Shown here: positions 10,122 to 19,419 of the stretch, one piece after another
Layout: each line of letters begins with the position of its first letter
Position numbering within the stretch: position 1 is the first letter of the stretch
Virus record (IMG/VR): IMGVR_UViG_3300035698_013060
Coordinates: 177,177-241,176 of that record
Reading direction: 5' to 3' (one strand)
DNA length: 64,000 bases
Made by a program: the position numbers and the translations under genes
Notes under the pieces: model-generated
Seen by the model: only the letters and a program-made list of their open reading frames with translations
Database searches by the model: none
What the model was told of the DNA's origin: nothing

Positions 10122-11252
10122 CTAGCTGTTCAAGTAGATCATTCCAGCCGTCTGTCTGATAGTGGCTCCAGCCTGTACGTCCACAGCAGAGCCAGCCTTG
10201 ACATTGACCTGACTTCCAGATTCTACGTTAACGGTAGATCCAGTCTTAATGTTGATCACAGTACCCTGGTTAAGCTCGATCAGTGATCCGCTGTACGTGT
10301 AGATATGCACGAGATCCGCCACATCATCCATGAGCATGTAGTGGCCTTTGACTGTCCTGACGTGGATCTTCTCGTATCCAGCGTTGTCATCCATCGTAAT
10401 GAAATGACCGGCGCTAGTCTCGAGCTTCACAAAGGTCCCGTGGTTCACTCCGTCTTCGTCGTTGGCATCCAACGGGTTATCATCGCCCACAGCCGACGAC
10501 TTGTCGACCAACTTCAACTGATGCCCGCTCTGAGTATTCAAGGTCACGACTGAAGAGTCCGCATTGAACTCCAACTTGAGCCTATGACCGTTGGCGAACT
10601 TCAGGATGAAAGTGTTTCTATCGTTGTTAGTGTCAGCATACAGAACGTTCCCATTCTGCCACTCTCTTAGGACGTGGATGTTGACCTTCGTCTGCATGGT
10701 GTCCCTATTAGCGAACGATTCTACGTTAGCCATCGGAGTCACCTCACCATACAGTGTGGGTGAGAAGGGAAGGAAGTAGCACTTCTGCGGATCTCCGTCC
10801 TCGAATAGGACGAACACCGTAGATTCTATCCTGGGGATCTTGTATGTCCCAGTACCCTGGACGTATGAGGTCTCCTTCAGCTGACCTCCAATCTCGACGG
10901 TCTGGTGAGTCCCTTCTTCGGCTCCTGACGGAATCTCGGAGACATCGCTGGTCACCGTCTTCTCAGCAGGAGCGTAATCTAGAGCAAAGGTAGGCCTGGC
11001 CCAGAAGAAGTTAACTGCCTGGATCGTTGTATCATACGGATTCTCGTCGTCGTTGTCTATTAGACTTTTCGGATTCGTGGTCTTCGTCCCCGTCTTTGTC
11101 GGGGCCTCTGATCCGTCCAAGTAGGGCATTAGTTTCGGGATGACTATAGCCACCCTACCCTCACCTTTCGGATCAACATTGTTAACGACAATTCCTCTCA
11201 TGATCCCGTCGAAACTAACGTCGCCGGGAGCCGCGGCTAGCTCTGCAAACAT
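10122..11252 (-). CDS. baseplate central spike, gp5/VgrG-like
   Basis: OB-fold motifs GIVVNNVDPKGEGRV and PRIESTVFVLFEDGDP; C-terminal beta repeats ending MIYLNS; PAAR gene downstream. Confidence 0.85.
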   Translation of the reverse strand: MFAELAAAPGDVSFDGIMRGIVVNNVDPKGEGRVAIVIPKLMPYLDGSEAPTKTGTKTTNPKSLIDNDDENPYDTTIQAVNFFWARPTFALDYAPAEKTVTSDVSEIPSGAEEGTHQTVEIGGQLKETSYVQGTGTYKIPRIESTVFVLFEDGDPQKCYFLPFSPTLYGEVTPMANVESFANRDTMQTKVNIHVLREWQNGNVLYADTNNDRNTFILKFANGHRLKLEFNADSSVVTLNTQSGHQLKLVDKSSAVGDDNPLDANDEDGVNHGTFVKLETSAGHFITMDDNAGYEKIHVRTVKGHYMLMDDVADLVHIYTYSGSLIELNQGTVINIKTGSTVNVESGSQVNVKAGSAVDVQAGATIRQTAGMIYLNS

Positions 11253-11443
11253 TATTAATCTCCCGGTTATAACCCTATGTTCTATTGGTTGTATTTACTA
11301 ATAGTATATTGGTAATTACTTTAATAAAGGAAAGTAAAAGTAAATCCAATAGTCGTGATGCCCAATAGACTGTTATGGGCAAATATATATAACCTTTCAG
11401 ACCTTAGTGAACTTACAATCGTTTCCAACAGAGGAGAAAGACA

Positions 11444-12166
11444 ATGACGACAGTCGTATTCGTTGACAGAAAAGGCAACCCCAGAGTTAGGCAGTTCGAG
11501 GATGACGGGGTAGCATCGGAGTGGATCGCAGAGGATTACCTGTTCGAGTTCGAACCGATGTTCGGGATGGGATTGGTACAGCTCAGGAGACTGGGACTGA
11601 AGAAGCTTATCGACCTGAACAACGAGGCATACCGGACGGAGTGTTTTGTCAGACCCAATGATCCCAGGGCAGAGCATATCGCTATTCAGGCCAAAAAGAA
11701 ATACGCGGAATTCCTGGGGATAAGTGACGGCGTGATCATTCCGTTCGAGCCGTTTACTGTATGCTTTAAGGTTGAGGGTCTTATCGTAGAGATGGACTCT
11801 CCTTTGGTCAGGGCAGTCTTTGCACTCTTGGCGAAATCTCGGGATGCTATAAATGCTTGGGATGTTGGAATTAACGTATCCAACGTCAAGACAGAAGGTA
11901 AAAACGACACACCACCCATGCGCGTGAAGAATCATAAGGACAGTGATGTCTCCGAGCGAATGGCGGTATGGTTTCTTTACGAGGAAGGAGAGCTCGAAGT
12001 CATTATCCGGAAACGAGACAGCCATGAGCAATGGTTCTGTCCCGGAAAGGATGTGTTGAGACAGCTTTTCTCACATTGCGACAACTTCTGGAAGAATCTC
12101 ACTATCAAGACGGAGAAGAATCCACCTATCAAGATGGATAAGAAAGTTCAGAATATCGGAGGATGA
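11444..12166 (+). CDS. hypothetical protein
   Basis: GAGGAG RBS, 240 aa. Confidence 0.65.
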   Translation: MTTVVFVDRKGNPRVRQFEDDGVASEWIAEDYLFEFEPMFGMGLVQLRRLGLKKLIDLNNEAYRTECFVRPNDPRAEHIAIQAKKKYAEFLGISDGVIIPFEPFTVCFKVEGLIVEMDSPLVRAVFALLAKSRDAINAWDVGINVSNVKTEGKNDTPPMRVKNHKDSDVSERMAVWFLYEEGELEVIIRKRDSHEQWFCPGKDVLRQLFSHCDNFWKNLTIKTEKNPPIKMDKKVQNIGG

Positions 12167-13416
12167 AAGACATGCTAACGGAAGAACAGTCTGGAGCCGT
12201 GGATGCGGTATGCTCCTGGTTCCAAGACTGGGAGCCGAGTATGCCTCACTTCAAGCTCGGGGGACTAGCCGGGACTGGTAAGACCTTCGTGGTACCATTC
12301 CTGACCAAGTCCCTCGGGCTGAGTGTATCGGCGGAGAGCGTAGTATTCTGTGCCTACACTGGAAAGGCCGCAATGGTCTTACGGAAGAAAGGTTTGCCAG
12401 CTTCTACGATCCACAGGTTGATTTACGAGCCTGAAGAAACAATAGATCCAAAGACAGGAGAGTCTACGGTAGTTTTCATACGGAAAGAGAGTCTGCCTGA
12501 AAACTTAAAGTTAATTATCGTGGACGAGGCCTCCATGGTAGGGAGAGAGATCCATGAGGATCTCTCTGGGTTCGACAAACCAATATTGTACATTGGTGAC
12601 TATGGCCAGCTTCCGCCTATCGGGACGGACTTTAACTTGATGGACGAGCCTAAGCTCGATGCCAAGTTACAGACTATCCATAGACAGGCTGCTGGGAATC
12701 CGATCATCAAACTCTCTATGATGATCAGGGATGGGTACACTAAGTTTCCGTTCGACGATTGGGCGGGAACGATAGGTAGGACAACTGCTTACGATGTGAA
12801 GGACTCTTCTCTAAGGGGAGCCAATCAGATCCTCTGTGGGATGAACGAGACCCGTCGTAATACCAACGTCTACATGCGTGACCTTTTTGAGTATAAGGGA
12901 AACCCTAAGAAAGGGGAGCGTATCATTGTCCTACAGAACAAGCACGATGAAGAACTAGTCAACGGACAACAGTTCGTTATGACCAAGGAATCCATCCGAG
13001 TGGACCATAGGACGATAAGAGTCTTCGCTGCAGACGCTGATCACTACGAAGACTACATCGAGACCGAGGCGAAAATCAAGACTAACCGGGATAGACTCCG
13101 GAAGGGTAAGACCGTCGATGTCAAGACTATCAAAGACTTGATGAACACGTTCGGTAGGTCTTTGCAATGCTCAGCTTTCAATCTATGTGAAGGAGCTCCA
13201 GAGCCCTTCAAGGAAGAGTGGAGGACTAGAGTCCAGGCAGATTACGGCTACTGTATCTCGGTCCACAAGGCCCAGGGATCGGAGTGGGACGACGTCCTAC
13301 TGTGGGACGATGGCATGTGGTCATGGGGTAGAGACAAGGAGGACCTCAGGGTTCGTTGGCTCTATACTGGAGTTACCAGAGCAGCCAAACGGCTGATCTG
13401 GGTAGAGGATCATTAG
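12163..13416 (+). CDS. RecD/Dda-like SF1B helicase
   Basis: GLAGTGKT, STIHRLIY, IVDEASMV, IGDYGQLPP, SVHKAQGSEW, LYTGVTRA. Confidence 0.92.
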   Translation: MKDMLTEEQSGAVDAVCSWFQDWEPSMPHFKLGGLAGTGKTFVVPFLTKSLGLSVSAESVVFCAYTGKAAMVLRKKGLPASTIHRLIYEPEETIDPKTGESTVVFIRKESLPENLKLIIVDEASMVGREIHEDLSGFDKPILYIGDYGQLPPIGTDFNLMDEPKLDAKLQTIHRQAAGNPIIKLSMMIRDGYTKFPFDDWAGTIGRTTAYDVKDSSLRGANQILCGMNETRRNTNVYMRDLFEYKGNPKKGERIIVLQNKHDEELVNGQQFVMTKESIRVDHRTIRVFAADADHYEDYIETEAKIKTNRDRLRKGKTVDVKTIKDLMNTFGRSLQCSAFNLCEGAPEPFKEEWRTRVQADYGYCISVHKAQGSEWDDVLLWDDGMWSWGRDKEDLRVRWLYTGVTRAAKRLIWVEDH

Positions 13417-13432
13417 AGAAAGGTGAGAGGAA

Positions 13433-13855
13433 GTGATCATACGAGATGCGTACGACGTTCCACAATCAGATTGGGATATTCGAAGGATGGCTGGAGACGT
13501 TCTGATGGGCGCGTTGAAGAAATGTAAAGCGACAGGTAACAGACATCCAGCACTAATGAACTGTCACACGATCTCCAGGATGTTAGGAAGTGCAATCCCT
13601 GAGTTGATTCCGACTGACGGGTTTGTCTTGGGGGTTACTTTCATCGAAGACAACCAGTTCAAGCTGACGAGGGCTGTACACTCATGGCTTGTCGCTTCCG
13701 GAGGGTCTATCATAGATCCCTATCCGATCGGGTTCTATGCTCCGGAACCTGTATTCTACCCTGCAAACAAAGAGTTTGGACCGTGGGGTAGTGACCTCTT
13801 CGAAGAGAGCGACGTCGTGGCTAAGTGGGTGAGCGAACAGCTGGAAGGCAAATGA
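13433..13855 (+). CDS. hypothetical protein
   Basis: GAGG RBS; NCH...HSW..IIDP may be papain/transglutaminase-like. Confidence 0.55.
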   Translation: MIIRDAYDVPQSDWDIRRMAGDVLMGALKKCKATGNRHPALMNCHTISRMLGSAIPELIPTDGFVLGVTFIEDNQFKLTRAVHSWLVASGGSIIDPYPIGFYAPEPVFYPANKEFGPWGSDLFEESDVVAKWVSEQLEGK

Positions 13856-13915
13856 GCGAAAGACTTGTCCACGCTCATCGGGTTGATAGACTGATCACCA
13901 AGAATCGAGGTAGAT

Positions 13916-14179
13916 ATGAGTGACACGCAAAAGACGAAAGCCAATCCCAAAGAGGGAACGTTGGCTTATCACAGGAAGATCGCAGCTGCTGCATTCCAAG
14001 AAGACAGTAAGGCTGTGGAGTTCTTGGACAAGATGATCACGGAAGCCGAGAACGGAGAAAATGAGATGGTTGTCATGTCTGAACCTTCTCTCATTCAGAT
14101 TCTTGGCGGTCTTCACTTCGGTACGATCGAAGACATTCCCGACGAAGTTCTGGACATGATACGAAAGAAAGGAAGCTGA
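13916..14179 (+). CDS. hypothetical protein
   Basis: GAGG RBS, 87 aa. Confidence 0.6.
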   Translation: MSDTQKTKANPKEGTLAYHRKIAAAAFQEDSKAVEFLDKMITEAENGENEMVVMSEPSLIQILGGLHFGTIEDIPDEVLDMIRKKGS

Positions 14180-14182
14180 CCA

Positions 14183-14512
14183 ATGGCTGGAGGAAAGCGG
14201 GTAGCTCAACGGAAAAGATCCAAGGTCAAAGCGGCTCGACAGATCGAGTTCATGAACGAAGCACGAGATGAGAGGAATAGAGTCAGGGAGAAATTGGCTG
14301 TCAAGAGTGAGGAGCTGACTAGGGCTCAGTCCAACTTGGATCGAGTCAAAGAACGTCTCGAAATTGCTGAAGTAATCCTTGCGCAGATAACTGTCCTCAT
14401 CGCCAGTAAAAAGAAGCCGTTCGGAAGCAAGGATCCGAGGAAACGTCGGAGGAAGATTACCGGGAACGTGAGTGTTCAAATATACAAAAGACCTCATCAC
14501 CGGATGAGCTGA
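14183..14512 (+). CDS. basic coiled-coil hypothetical protein
   Basis: 109-aa ORF packed after the previous gene. Confidence 0.55.
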   Translation: MAGGKRVAQRKRSKVKAARQIEFMNEARDERNRVREKLAVKSEELTRAQSNLDRVKERLEIAEVILAQITVLIASKKKPFGSKDPRKRRRKITGNVSVQIYKRPHHRMS

Positions 14513-14520
14513 CAAAACAA

Positions 14521-14548
14521 GGGGACGTACGCGTTAACGTACGTCCCC
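14521..14548. terminator. stem-loop (terminator/processing)
   Basis: GGGGACGTACG-CGTTAA-CGTACGTCCCC. Confidence 0.6.
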
Positions 14549-14696
14549 GTAGGAGAAACTATGAAGATGAAACCATTTGCAGCTGTATCACTGGCTGTGG
14601 TACTGATTGTCACCAGACTAGCACTTTGGGATAAGTCCCCGGTCTTCTTCAATATGGCAGTATCAGCAAGTGTTGTCTATGCCGGGATCAGTATCA

Positions 14697-15551
14697 TTAT
14701 TTCCCGAAGACCGCCTTCATGATTATAGATCTGAGAACCCCATTCCAGAGCCCATGGACAATCACGGCCAGGACGTAGGTAACGATGTTAGCCTTGTGCT
14801 TCTTCTTGGTGATCTCGCCAATTTCCTTGTCGAGGTTGAACCCGAGGTTATGTAGAACGGTATTAATACCGTGCATGGAAGCGGCCAATACTCTTATTCC
14901 AAAGATTGCAGGGCCAACGACCGAGAAGTACTGGATGACGTAGGAACCGAACTCGAAGACATTAAAGACGACGAAGTGGGTACCAGATTGACCTCTCTTC
15001 TTGGCTTCTCTCTTGCCGAACTCTTCCACGATGGGAGCGACGATGGTGGCAGTGAGGTACATAGCCAACGGGCCATTTCCACCTGTCACTACGGCCATGA
15101 TGACGAATCCGAGAGAATTGAGCAGAGAGATTATGATGACCCATACGATGTGTTCCGGGACATCTTTCAGTTCGAACTCAGTCCAGAGATCAGTGAAGGA
15201 CTTCCCGATAGCTCTTCCGATAGCCTTCAATCCTGCTGCAGAGATGACAGTTCCCTTAATCTCGTTGCCGAGCTTCTTACCCTCTGCCTCTGCTTTCGCT
15301 CTCACTTTACCGAAGTCTTTTCCAGTAGCCTCTTTGTAGGCTACATCAGCGTTTTTGTGGATGGTCTCCAAACTCTTCTTGGCACCGGAATAGTGCTTGT
15401 TGGTTTTGAGATCCGAAGAAGCCATTGCTTCCAAGAAGACGCTGGAAGATTCGGTGAGGATTTCGCCGATAGTCTTGCCTTCGTTCTCGTTGACCCATTC
15501 CAAAAGAGCTTTCGGGACATTGACGTCTGGTGTAGAATTGTAAAAAAGCAT
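14697..15551 (-). CDS. MLFY-leader protein with C-terminal PrsW-like intramembrane protease domain
   Basis: Start set at MLFY after GGAG; motifs APIVEEFGK, FNVFE, SMHG and HGLWN in hydrophobic helices. Confidence 0.7.
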   Translation of the reverse strand: MLFYNSTPDVNVPKALLEWVNENEGKTIGEILTESSSVFLEAMASSDLKTNKHYSGAKKSLETIHKNADVAYKEATGKDFGKVRAKAEAEGKKLGNEIKGTVISAAGLKAIGRAIGKSFTDLWTEFELKDVPEHIVWVIIISLLNSLGFVIMAVVTGGNGPLAMYLTATIVAPIVEEFGKREAKKRGQSGTHFVVFNVFEFGSYVIQYFSVVGPAIFGIRVLAASMHGINTVLHNLGFNLDKEIGEITKKKHKANIVTYVLAVIVHGLWNGVLRSIIMKAVFGK

Positions 15552-15579
15552 TACAACTCCAATTTGAAAGGTGAATATA

Positions 15580-15741
15580 ATGAGTAAAGAGAAAGATCGA
15601 AAATCCAAAAACTGGAAGAAAATCCAACCGGAAATGGTAAGAACTGGAGGAAATCCACTTACCTTTGCCATCGAAAAGAAACTTGAGAAGGTAAAGGAGT
15701 CCTCTAAATCAATTCCATGTTCGGAGACCAATCAGAAATGA
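15580..15741 (+). CDS. small basic hypothetical protein (53 aa, below the ORF-track cutoff)
   Basis: AAAGGTGA RBS; MSKEKDRKSK...TNQK. Confidence 0.4.
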   Translation: MSKEKDRKSKNWKKIQPEMVRTGGNPLTFAIEKKLEKVKESSKSIPCSETNQK

Positions 15742-15752
15742 TCCAGAGTTAA

Positions 15753-15798
15753 AAGATGGACAAACTGACATTTACACTTTTGTCGGTTTGTCCATCTT
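15753..15798. terminator. long inverted repeat between convergent genes
   Basis: AAGATGGACAAACTGACA-N10-TGTCGGTTTGTCCATCTT, 18-bp stem with one G-T pair. Confidence 0.6.
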
Positions 15799-15812
15799 CA
15801 TATGGTTCAGAA

Positions 15813-18464
15813 TCAGTGTTGTGTTTGGTTCCACATAGACCTGTTGTCAATGAGAGCCAACAACATTTTTCTTTTTTCCGGAATGAACCATCTAGTGATC
15901 GGCCTATTTCCAAACCATTTCTGCAAAGTCCTCATATCCATCTTCGTTGTAGAATCGAGATAAGAATAGCTGATCAAAATCCAATCAGCCCTCTTCGTCA
16001 TCTCTTTTATAGCGGAAGCGGGATCGACCAGATATTCCAGAACCTGAAGTGCAACGATTGTAGAATAGCGTTCCTTAACAGGCCAAGGACAGACGTTCTT
16101 ATCTTTCCATACTCCGTCAACTTGAGCAGGTTCAGGGTCGAATCGATCGCTCCCTGGAACAAGGGGGAAGCCTCTATTCTCTACCTCGAGAATGGAACCA
16201 GTATCTGGGATTCCTATCTCTCGGAGCCAACCGCATGCGATTCCTAAGTATTCCCATCTCCCTTCCCAAAATGGACTTGCTGCAGCTTTATTCTTCCAAT
16301 CAGCGTGGGAAACTACATTTACACAACTTTTGGTTCCACTGATAGTTCTATGAACGATAGGCATTTCAATTTCTTTCTTCTTTTTCTTCAGACATGATGT
16401 TTCACCTATTCCCCTAAAGGCTATTTCACGACAAGCCTTTTCGTCATATTCCAGACCGTTCTTAGAACAGGCTGCTTTCCAAAGTTCCAGAACTTCTTGT
16501 GGTTCTCTGGGACGTAAGACTGCAACCTCTTTAACAGCTCTTCCCTTCGGAGTATCAGTCCAAGCCCAAAGATTGTTGGTCTTGTCTAGCTTTACAACAC
16601 CATCTGGCCCTCCAGCCATCTCCCAGACCAGATAACGAGTACGATACATTCTATTATCGTCCTTACCGAATCTAGATCCATGATACTTGTGTATCATTTT
16701 CCCTTCCATAAAACCGTAATCGGTTTTAGGGCCATCGTACTGCCCGAAGAAATCGCAAAGATCTGGGAAGAGTCTATGTAGAGGATTGGCTGAACCAGAT
16801 GCGTCCCACATCTCTATCGTCAAGGAATCTCCTCCACCTTGAATTCCATTCTCCGGGAACCCACCAGTTTTAGTCCACCAGTCTGATGTCAGTGCTATGA
16901 CAAAGCCCTGACCGCACCAAATTTCTCCAACTCCTATAGCAACTTGAGCTGAAAAACTAGGCCATTGTCCCTTTTCTCCGTCAGACTCTTTGATCTCGGA
17001 CCATGGACTCAATACATCACATGAATCCAAAGCGTTAGAGACTCTTTCACACCAATCCCATTCTCCCTCAGCTGGGAATACGTCAATGTCATCGAAAATC
17101 AGTTTCGTGTAACCTCTAGCGATAGCCTCTCTCGCTCCGATGTTCCACAGGTTCTCTTTGTGCCAGAGACCTAAATTCTTTTCAGAGAATGGAACTTTCA
17201 GTGTTTCTCCAAACCAATCTGGGAAAGCAGTACTTCCATCCGCATTGGCCTCCACTAGGAGAGCTAGACCAGGAGCAGGATTTAAACGTGAGAGTTCTTT
17301 GGCTCCAAAGATAGCTGCTTTATTTCGTACGGCATCTTTACCGAACGAGCCTACTATCAGCGCTACATCCTCGGCACCTTTCGAGTTATGAAGTCTCGGA
17401 ATCCAATCTCTTTCAGTATTCCAAGGTTTCGCTCCAGAACCGGCGGCACACCAGATCGGGCACTCTGGTTTTACTATTGGAACAGCTTCAGGTTTGTTCA
17501 TCTCCTGTACCTGAGACATTCCAACTCTGACTACTTTTCCTCCTCCATTCAAGGTAGAGAAAGCAATGACATCCTGGTCTCCTGGAATGATATCCATTGC
17601 GAGATCAGATTTATCTACGAACCATTCGTACGGTGATGTAAAGGGAGCCCTCCAGCACATTACACCTGATCCGTATTTACCCCACCAGTTGATACCAAAG
17701 GTCACCATTGCCAGATCCCCGAGAGGTGGTGGTGGGGGAATAGCAAAGGGCTTCGTTAGTACTGTATCGAGGTCAAGAAAGAGAACAATCTCTCCCTTTA
17801 CAAAAAGTCCTGGTCTGAAGAGCTCCATCTTCGCCCACCATCCGGGCCAATCATGCCACAAGGCTACCCCACCTGCACACTCATCTGGCTTATCCGTAAG
17901 ACACACGAATCTGTGAGGGGTAGTCAGGTTAGCGCTGACTTGACGGTGTAACCATGCAACATGGTCCGGTGAATAGCTTGGAGGAGTGTTTTCAGAAGCT
18001 CTCTTTCCGATCTTACAGACACATACGACGACAACATTAGTTGTTGGAAGTCCCGTTGGGAAGGAATTATTCCAAAGAAGTCCAGCATTCAACCTGAATG
18101 TATTGTCTTCATACTCTGAAATGATTCTCTCAGCTGAAATTCTTACGTTCTCGTCTGCTGAACGAACCTTTCTGACAACTCTAGGGGTTGAACTCTTTTT
18201 CTGAGTTATGGCTTCTGTCGAAGTCAAGTCTCTTATCACTACTCCAGCGATCCTGAGTTCCCCTACATTCTTGTCTTTCAGAGTCTGACAAGCCTCGAAC
18301 AAGTTGAAATCAGGATTACAATTTAGAATACAGTACTTGGTCCCTTCAAGGACTGTAGGTCCGATACTCAGTCTTCTGAATTTTTCACTTTCCCTGGCGA
18401 TTAGATCCTCAAACCCTTCAGAGGTGTTTGAGACAATATGAACCGCCTTGAGTTTCGTCGGCAT
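15813..18464 (-). CDS. multidomain glycosyltransferase (two GT-A domains plus a methyltransferase-like tail)
   Basis: WWAKMELF/LFLDLDT/GDQD (GT8-like); KENLWNIG/IFDDID/GGFPE..GGGD (second GT-A); LQVLEYLVDP. Confidence 0.75.
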   Translation of the reverse strand: MPTKLKAVHIVSNTSEGFEDLIARESEKFRRLSIGPTVLEGTKYCILNCNPDFNLFEACQTLKDKNVGELRIAGVVIRDLTSTEAITQKKSSTPRVVRKVRSADENVRISAERIISEYEDNTFRLNAGLLWNNSFPTGLPTTNVVVVCVCKIGKRASENTPPSYSPDHVAWLHRQVSANLTTPHRFVCLTDKPDECAGGVALWHDWPGWWAKMELFRPGLFVKGEIVLFLDLDTVLTKPFAIPPPPPLGDLAMVTFGINWWGKYGSGVMCWRAPFTSPYEWFVDKSDLAMDIIPGDQDVIAFSTLNGGGKVVRVGMSQVQEMNKPEAVPIVKPECPIWCAAGSGAKPWNTERDWIPRLHNSKGAEDVALIVGSFGKDAVRNKAAIFGAKELSRLNPAPGLALLVEANADGSTAFPDWFGETLKVPFSEKNLGLWHKENLWNIGAREAIARGYTKLIFDDIDVFPAEGEWDWCERVSNALDSCDVLSPWSEIKESDGEKGQWPSFSAQVAIGVGEIWCGQGFVIALTSDWWTKTGGFPENGIQGGGDSLTIEMWDASGSANPLHRLFPDLCDFFGQYDGPKTDYGFMEGKMIHKYHGSRFGKDDNRMYRTRYLVWEMAGGPDGVVKLDKTNNLWAWTDTPKGRAVKEVAVLRPREPQEVLELWKAACSKNGLEYDEKACREIAFRGIGETSCLKKKKKEIEMPIVHRTISGTKSCVNVVSHADWKNKAAASPFWEGRWEYLGIACGWLREIGIPDTGSILEVENRGFPLVPGSDRFDPEPAQVDGVWKDKNVCPWPVKERYSTIVALQVLEYLVDPASAIKEMTKRADWILISYSYLDSTTKMDMRTLQKWFGNRPITRWFIPEKRKMLLALIDNRSMWNQTQH

Positions 18465-18624
18465 CTCGAGTTCCCCAATATTTGATCAGGTTACTTTCGT
18501 AACCTGAAATTTTTCAGTTATTCGTGTCCCAGAGGATACACGGTCTTGTTCCCACTTGAAGTCTTACTTTTCCCGATCGGGCTGATGGGCTTCGGCTTAG
18601 GAAGCTTAGTCTTGTTCTTTTCCA

Positions 18625-19182
18625 TTATGCTACCCTCACATAAGAACCAGCAGCAACCCAGTTGTTACTGCCAGGTTTTATCCTAACAGCTAGGTTCATC
18701 ATGTCGGTTGGTTGATCGTAGTAACTGTACAGAACTTCACTGATGACTTCTTCCCATTCGATGTCTGAGCAATCACCTTTCCACTTTGTGGTTTGGACTG
18801 ATTCTCGGATAGTGTGGATACGACCCCCGTATCCATCATCGACAGAATCGATATCCAACAGAACCTCAAAAGCTAATCTGTTGAGAATCCCTTGACGGAT
18901 GTTTCCGATTATCTTCCAAGTATGGGACTCATCATCTGGACACGGAAGCCCCACTAAGACTTGGACTGCTCCGGATAGACCCCCATCCATGTCCGGGTTT
19001 TCCCATGAAATGAGCATTGGGTGTGAAGCCCAAAGCATCTTCGTCCAATTTCCAGCAAGCATCCCGAAGGCTACGTAACCACCTCCTTCAGAATCTTCGT
19101 CTTTGTATACTTGCCCTACGAAATCTGGTACCACTGAGGTAGGAATACCAGAGCCACTCTTGCTTGATTTTTCCAGATGCAT
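18625..19182 (-). CDS. tail-fibre-associated protein sharing an N-terminal module with the large fibre
   Basis: MHLEKSSKSGSGIPTSVVPDFVGQVY versus MHLQKASLTGSGAPTAITPDFVGQIY. Confidence 0.7.
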   Translation of the reverse strand: MHLEKSSKSGSGIPTSVVPDFVGQVYKDEDSEGGGYVAFGMLAGNWTKMLWASHPMLISWENPDMDGGLSGAVQVLVGLPCPDDESHTWKIIGNIRQGILNRLAFEVLLDIDSVDDGYGGRIHTIRESVQTTKWKGDCSDIEWEEVISEVLYSYYDQPTDMMNLAVRIKPGSNNWVAAGSYVRVA

Positions 19183-19418
19183 GTGCGTAATCTCCTTATA
19201 ATTAGCTCTATCGGAAACTCAGCGTTTTCAACAACCCCGCTATCGACAGTAACTAACTCTTCTCCGTCTCTGATATCTCCAGATCTACCGATGTTAATGT
19301 TCGGTCTGGAAATCTTTCTTACAGTGGTGTCTCCATTAGAAAGCTCCTTTTCACCTGTCATGAACGAGAGAGATCCAGCTCTGGATACGACTGGAATTCC
19401 TCTCGGGACAGGAATCAT
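19116..19418 (-). CDS. hypothetical protein
   Basis: Starts 1 nt after the fibre stop with GGAGG upstream; overlaps the next gene. Confidence 0.35.
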   Translation of the reverse strand: MIPVPRGIPVVSRAGSLSFMTGEKELSNGDTTVRKISRPNINIGRSGDIRDGEELVTVDSGVVENAEFPIELIIRRLRTCIWKNQARVALVFLPQWYQIS

Positions 19419-19419
19419 G

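Noticed and set aside
15552-15731. N-terminal extension of ORF 14697-15731
   Set aside because: An RBS and MLFY start lie at 15551, and the extension overlaps a plausible + strand small ORF.
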